Assembly (NCBI GenBank): GCA_050246315.1
Contig: JBFWWG010000002.1
Span: 64,001 to 128,000 of the forward strand
Source of the DNA: Nitrospiraceae bacterium
GTDB lineage: Bacteria > Nitrospirota > Nitrospiria > Nitrospirales > Nitrospiraceae
Reading direction: 5' to 3'
DNA length: 64,000 nt
Shown one piece after another: positions 59,848 through 64,000 of this stretch (positions are counted from its first letter, which is position 1; each line of letters opens with the position of its first letter). The notes under the pieces are model-generated. The model had not been told where the DNA came from, did not search any database, and saw only the letters and a program-made list of their open reading frames with translations. The position numbers and the translations under genes were made by a program.

Positions 59848-60954
59848 CTAATCCAGCCAATCCTTCTCTTTCAGCTTCCTAGGAAGGTATTTCTTCGTGA
59901 GGTATTGGAAGTCCTTGTTGGCAAGTGCATCCAGCTCGTATTTGAGTCCGTTGGTAAGCATGCGCTTGATTTCCTGCTGCCAGACCGGCTTCTGAAACCA
60001 GGGATAGTTCATCAGCTCGCGTGCTCTGGTTGTATCCTTGTCGTTGAGCTTGATGCCGACGTTACGCGGCAGCTCGTACCGTTCCGGATCGCCACTGGAG
60101 AGACCGATGAACTTGGCTTTCGGAATCGCCATACGCTGGCTTTCGAAGGCCAGGTTGATCGAGCCCTGTTTGATCACCGAATAGATGTAGTAGCCCCACG
60201 GGTCGTTATCGACCAACACATAGACCGGAAGTCGGTGCTCTTCGTGGAGCCGTCGAGCCAATCGGCGAACGCCGCGGGGCGGCTGGCCGTTGCCGGTCAA
60301 GAGCACGCAGTTGTACCGTCGCCAGAATTTGTCCTCGGACAGCCGGTTCCACTGAGTCCCCTTCTCGACCAGCAACACAAAGTCGGCCGTGCAGCGCCGG
60401 ATCTCCAAGTACTCGGGCTCGACGATCGACGGCACAGAATAACCGCCCTTCCCGAGCTTCGCGCAATCCACCCGATCTCCGTCGTCACCGAACACGACCG
60501 GTCCAACGATACTCCCCCCGTTCTCCGCCCGCACGTGCAGCTCTTCGCGGAGGGCCGTCAAGGACACTTCCAGGTCCTCGATGATCGGGTCCGATTCATC
60601 CTGCGTGTCGAACGTGTTCTCGTGCGAGTTCTTGATCGTGTGCTTGGTTCGATAGTAGATCTCTCTGAGCGAGGTTGTGAGATCCGCCCGTTGGAGCTCG
60701 GAAAGCGCATCGGCCACGAGCATGGTCTGCATGAATTTCTTGGCCATACCGACGTTGAAAAACGAGCGGGCCTGTTTCTTATGGCCCATCTCGATCAAAC
60801 CCTTCCGCTGGTTAAACGAGACGTTTGAGAGCGCGCGGATGGGAATCGCGAATGTCGGGTCCTTGGCCCGCTCCGCCGCCGTGATGACCACGTCGGCCAG
60901 GCCGATGAGTTTCTTCTCTACCACTCCGTTTGTCTTTTGTTTCGTCGGTGCCAT
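59848..60954 (-). CDS. top6A: DNA topoisomerase VI subunit A (Spo11-like)
   Basis: LREIYY catalytic Tyr, FDTQDESD, TOPRIM LVEK and DNDPWG, ELDAL. Confidence 0.93.
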   Translation of the reverse strand: MAPTKQKTNGVVEKKLIGLADVVITAAERAKDPTFAIPIRALSNVSFNQRKGLIEMGHKKQARSFFNVGMAKKFMQTMLVADALSELQRADLTTSLREIYYRTKHTIKNSHENTFDTQDESDPIIEDLEVSLTALREELHVRAENGGSIVGPVVFGDDGDRVDCAKLGKGGYSVPSIVEPEYLEIRRCTADFVLLVEKGTQWNRLSEDKFWRRYNCVLLTGNGQPPRGVRRLARRLHEEHRLPVYVLVDNDPWGYYIYSVIKQGSINLAFESQRMAIPKAKFIGLSSGDPERYELPRNVGIKLNDKDTTRARELMNYPWFQKPVWQQEIKRMLTNGLKYELDALANKDFQYLTKKYLPRKLKEKDWLD

Positions 60955-60962
60955 GCGGATTC

Positions 60963-63116
60963 CTACTTCCCTTTGCGCGGAGGACGCCTGGCTCCGCGAG
61001 TCCTGCCGGTCGTGCCGAGGTTTCTGGATGCCGACCCGGCTTGATTGCCTGTCGCTTTGTCGCCGGAGAACAGCGGCAATTGAGCTGCTTTGCCCTTTGA
61101 CTTTGTGGCTTTCTGAGTGTTCTCGTGGACGATCTTTGCAGCCTTCCGGCCGAGTCTCTCCGTCGGCCCGTCCGTCGCGGACTGCCCTTCACCGCAGTCG
61201 GCATCCACAGATGAGGTAGTGGACACTGATGGAGTTGACTCCGCATCGACAGTCGCCTCCTCCACAATCGACACCTCCCCTTCCACCCCCTCCTGCGTTA
61301 CGATGAGGGAATGAGGCAGACCTTCCGGACCGGCGCCGGTCTTGCCGAGAACCTCGTCTGTCTTGGTTCCACCGGTACGCGTGGAGGCAATCTTTTGGAG
61401 TTGAGCCTTGAGTTTCTCCTTGGGCAACTTTCCGCCCTTGAGTCGGTTGCAGGCCTCGACGACTTCCTCGATATATAGCGCGAAGATGTTGCGCCGGCGA
61501 AACTCGCTCTCTGCCCGATCCCGCCGCCGCATGAAGACACCGAGCCGTCGGCCACATTCGCGCAGAGCCAGCGTGATCTCCTTCCGGATCTCGTCGTAAT
61601 CGGCGATCGCCTCTTTGGATTCGCTGGTAAAGGGCACCCAAACTGAGGCCATATGCACAAAGATCACCATCGGTCCGCCCGGAAGCGCCCCGCGAGACTG
61701 AGGAATGCCGTAATGCCGCCAGGTCGTGTCGAGCACCGCCTTGAAGGTGGCGCAGGCCGATTGTTGATAGAGCAACGGCACGCGGTTGGCGTAACGGATG
61801 ACACGTGCCAATTCCGTATCATCATCCAGATGTTCCCCCTCTGCGCGCGGCAGGTCCGCCGACTTCTGAGCCTTGGCCATGTCCTCCGGCCCCCGGCCAT
61901 AGGCCAAGCCGGCTTCGATGATGAAGGGATTGCCCCGGTACACGGCCGGCGGGCGGCTGACCGCCGTATAGAACTCACCTTTGATCTGTTTGTACAGGCC
62001 CGACAAAATCGCCTTTTCGCCGATGGGCGAGAGACAATTGGTCGGTGGAGCCATGATCTTGGTGGTTTGAATCGTTTTGTAGAGTGTCTCTGCAGGATGG
62101 CCATGAATGGACCGCGGCGTGGCATCTGGCGAGACCTTTGCGGTCTTGCAGATCTCCTCGGCGAGGGCGGGCGAGACCCGGCAGAAATCGGCGGCGAGAA
62201 AGCCCGAGACCGAATGGCTCTTGGTATCGTGGAGCATCTTCAGCATCATTCCAAACTCGATGCCGTAGGGATGCGGCTTGATCTCGCGTGGTGAGGGCGG
62301 CAATTCGTGATACGTTCGCGGGTAGGTCTTTGATTCGCCTTCCGGCGTCAGGTACGTGAGTTTCACATGCGGATTGGCGATGATCGTCTGCTCCACATAC
62401 TCATCGACCGAGGCCCGTCCCTTCTGGTACCGGCCCTCGACCTCCAGCGTGACCTGCGTGCCGCGCGGCTGATCCCAGTCGATCTGCTTTTTCTCTAGAA
62501 TCAGCGGCTCGTTTTTCTTGGTATCGATCTGTACCTCGAAATAATGAGCGGCGGACCGGGGGCTGGTGCGCGAAATAATCTTGACCGGCTTGCCGGTTGT
62601 CAACTGCCCGTACATGCCGGCCGCAGAAATGCCGATCCCCTGCTGCCCCCGGCTCATACGGAGGCGATGGAACTTCGAGCCGTAGAGCAGCTTGGCGAAG
62701 ATCTTCGGCACCTGCTCGCGGACAATGCCGGGCCCATTGTCCGCAACCGTGATGCGAAACCGGTTGGCCTGGCTGGCCGGTGGCGTGGTGTCGCCGTTCG
62801 AGGCCACCTCGATCTTCACCAGCACGTCGGGAAGAATGCCCGCTTCCTCGCAGGCGTCCAGTGCATTATCAACAGCCTCCTTCACACAAGTCAGCAAGGC
62901 CTTGCGCGGGTTGTCAAAACCCAACAGGTGCCGATTCTTGGTAAAGAACTCGGAAACGGAAATTTCCCGCTGCCGCGATCCCATCTCCACCGCCGTCACG
63001 GCCTGGGCGGCTCGGCTGGCGCCGGACGCGGACTTCTTGGCAATGGTTTGGACCGTTGGGGATGCGGTTGTTGTCGCGGAGGCGGAGGGTGATGCGGGCG
63101 GTTTGCTCTTGGCCAT
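60963..63116 (-). CDS. top6B: DNA topoisomerase VI subunit B (GHKL ATPase)
   Basis: SVSEFF..N, EAVDNALDA, DNGPGI, SRGQQGIGIS, IKPHP, RYANRVPL, VPFTSESKE transducer; disordered tail. Confidence 0.95.
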   Translation of the reverse strand: MAKSKPPASPSASATTTASPTVQTIAKKSASGASRAAQAVTAVEMGSRQREISVSEFFTKNRHLLGFDNPRKALLTCVKEAVDNALDACEEAGILPDVLVKIEVASNGDTTPPASQANRFRITVADNGPGIVREQVPKIFAKLLYGSKFHRLRMSRGQQGIGISAAGMYGQLTTGKPVKIISRTSPRSAAHYFEVQIDTKKNEPLILEKKQIDWDQPRGTQVTLEVEGRYQKGRASVDEYVEQTIIANPHVKLTYLTPEGESKTYPRTYHELPPSPREIKPHPYGIEFGMMLKMLHDTKSHSVSGFLAADFCRVSPALAEEICKTAKVSPDATPRSIHGHPAETLYKTIQTTKIMAPPTNCLSPIGEKAILSGLYKQIKGEFYTAVSRPPAVYRGNPFIIEAGLAYGRGPEDMAKAQKSADLPRAEGEHLDDDTELARVIRYANRVPLLYQQSACATFKAVLDTTWRHYGIPQSRGALPGGPMVIFVHMASVWVPFTSESKEAIADYDEIRKEITLALRECGRRLGVFMRRRDRAESEFRRRNIFALYIEEVVEACNRLKGGKLPKEKLKAQLQKIASTRTGGTKTDEVLGKTGAGPEGLPHSLIVTQEGVEGEVSIVEEATVDAESTPSVSTTSSVDADCGEGQSATDGPTERLGRKAAKIVHENTQKATKSKGKAAQLPLFSGDKATGNQAGSASRNLGTTGRTRGARRPPRKGK

Positions 63117-63254
63117 TTAACCTCTCATGAGTTCAGACAGATTGCATCCCTTCCGCTTCTTGAGCGGGTCATTCGGACGATCACCGATTGGTCACGATGG
63201 ATACGAAGGATGGTACAACCTGCGTCACACACCAGATGAAGCGATACGGTTATG

Positions 63255-63406
63255 GTGGGAGGAGGACGCACCTACCGAGAGCTTGTAGGTACGGCGGAGA
63301 TCTTGGTGAGACATTAGGCTTCCCAGTCCAAGCTGGGCTTGCACACCGTCCTCAGCGCTCGACCTCCTGGTGATCCATATTCCCTCGGGGCGTTAACTCC
63401 TCCCAC
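63255..63406 (-). ncRNA. Candidate structured ncRNA (~152 nt, rod-like); family not identified
   Basis: Ends pair as GTGGGAGGAG/CTCCTCCCAC with nested helices inside; promoter-like TTGACT-17-TATCGT places +1 at the first stem base. Confidence 0.55.
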
Positions 63407-63412
63407 GCGGGT

Positions 63413-63441
63413 ACGATATGCCCGTCACGCGCGCGAGTCAA
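63413..63441 (-). promoter_or_regulatory. Putative sigma70 promoter of the ncRNA candidate
   Basis: TTGACT (63441-63436), 17 bp, TATCGT (63418-63413), 6 nt, then the stem begins at 63406. Confidence 0.55.
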
Positions 63442-63643
63442 GAGAGTCGTCATACTGGGCAGCCGATCGTGGCCGACGACTCATGCCGATACCTCGCGGT
63501 CTGGTGCGTATGCCTGTCGGTGAGCCGTGCCTTCCTCCTGGTCTGACTCTCTGCCCACTTGTGACATTTTCTTAAACGGCCTAAGATGTTTCCGGACTTA
63601 CATCACCATGCCATTGCTCCCCACTCGCCTAAGGAGGTGCGCT

Positions 63644-63952
63644 ATGCCGACCTACGTCAGTCTCGTGAAGTTCACGCAGCTCGGGCTCCAATCCATGAAG
63701 GATAAGGGCGTCGAGCGGGCCGAGATGGTCAAGAAAAATGCCCAGGCACTCGGGGGCAAACTCCTACAGGCCTACTATTGCCTCGGCGAGTACGATGTGA
63801 TCGCCATTTGGGATTTCCCCGACAACAAGACGGCCATGAAAGCAGCCGTGTTGAATGCCTCACTCGGCCATATCCAAATCAAGACCATGCCGGCCGTCAA
63901 CCGAGACGACTGGAAGAAGCTCTTGCAAGAAACAATCGCCAAGCACAAGTAG
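63644..63952 (+). CDS. GYD-domain protein
   Basis: AAGGAGG RBS; MPTYVSL..FT..G, GGK...YY.LGEYD. Confidence 0.85.
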   Translation: MPTYVSLVKFTQLGLQSMKDKGVERAEMVKKNAQALGGKLLQAYYCLGEYDVIAIWDFPDNKTAMKAAVLNASLGHIQIKTMPAVNRDDWKKLLQETIAKHK

Positions 63953-64000
63953 CAGACTGCAAGAGGAGTCGGCCGAGGTCGGCGTTCAGCGCGCTTCCGG

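Noticed and set aside
63255..63406. SRP RNA, tmRNA, RNase P or cobalamin riboswitch identity for the RNA candidate
   Set aside because: Their diagnostic conserved motifs were not found by eye; left unassigned.

Overview
GC-rich bacterial chromosomal window. Gene content and protein style suggest Nitrospirota (Nitrospira-like); this is inference, not a database result. From left to right it contains: (1) a phosphate/polyphosphate locus (partial exported porin-like gene, degraded phoU, Pho-box-like repeats, ppx, two tandem thymidylate-kinase-like genes, sixA); (2) a remnant of an ExeA-like ATPase/TPR gene next to gmd-fcl; (3) a type II secretion cluster (gspC-D ... E-F-G-H-I-J-N-L-M-K) split between gspD and gspE by a ~6 kb cargo block. 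The block holds a JDVT-CTERM-like surface protein with its CPBP/MrtJ-type membrane protease, and a kexin-like S8 lipoprotease that lacks a propeptide, followed by a gene resembling a free-standing propeptide/chaperone; (4) tRNA-Thr(TGT), a GlrK-QseG-GlrR-like sigma54 system, clpB, a comM/yifB homologue, small metabolic and signalling genes, tRNA-Leu(TAA), lgt and addAB; (5) a run of four uncharacterised exported proteins, including a 10-Cys mini-domain protein; (6) archaeal-type topoisomerase VI (top6B-top6A), preceded by a ~152-nt rod-shaped RNA candidate with its own sigma70-like promoter. Three copies of a TIR-bounded MITE and a second repeat family lie in intergenic spaces. No CRISPR array, rRNA, transposase or prophage was seen.
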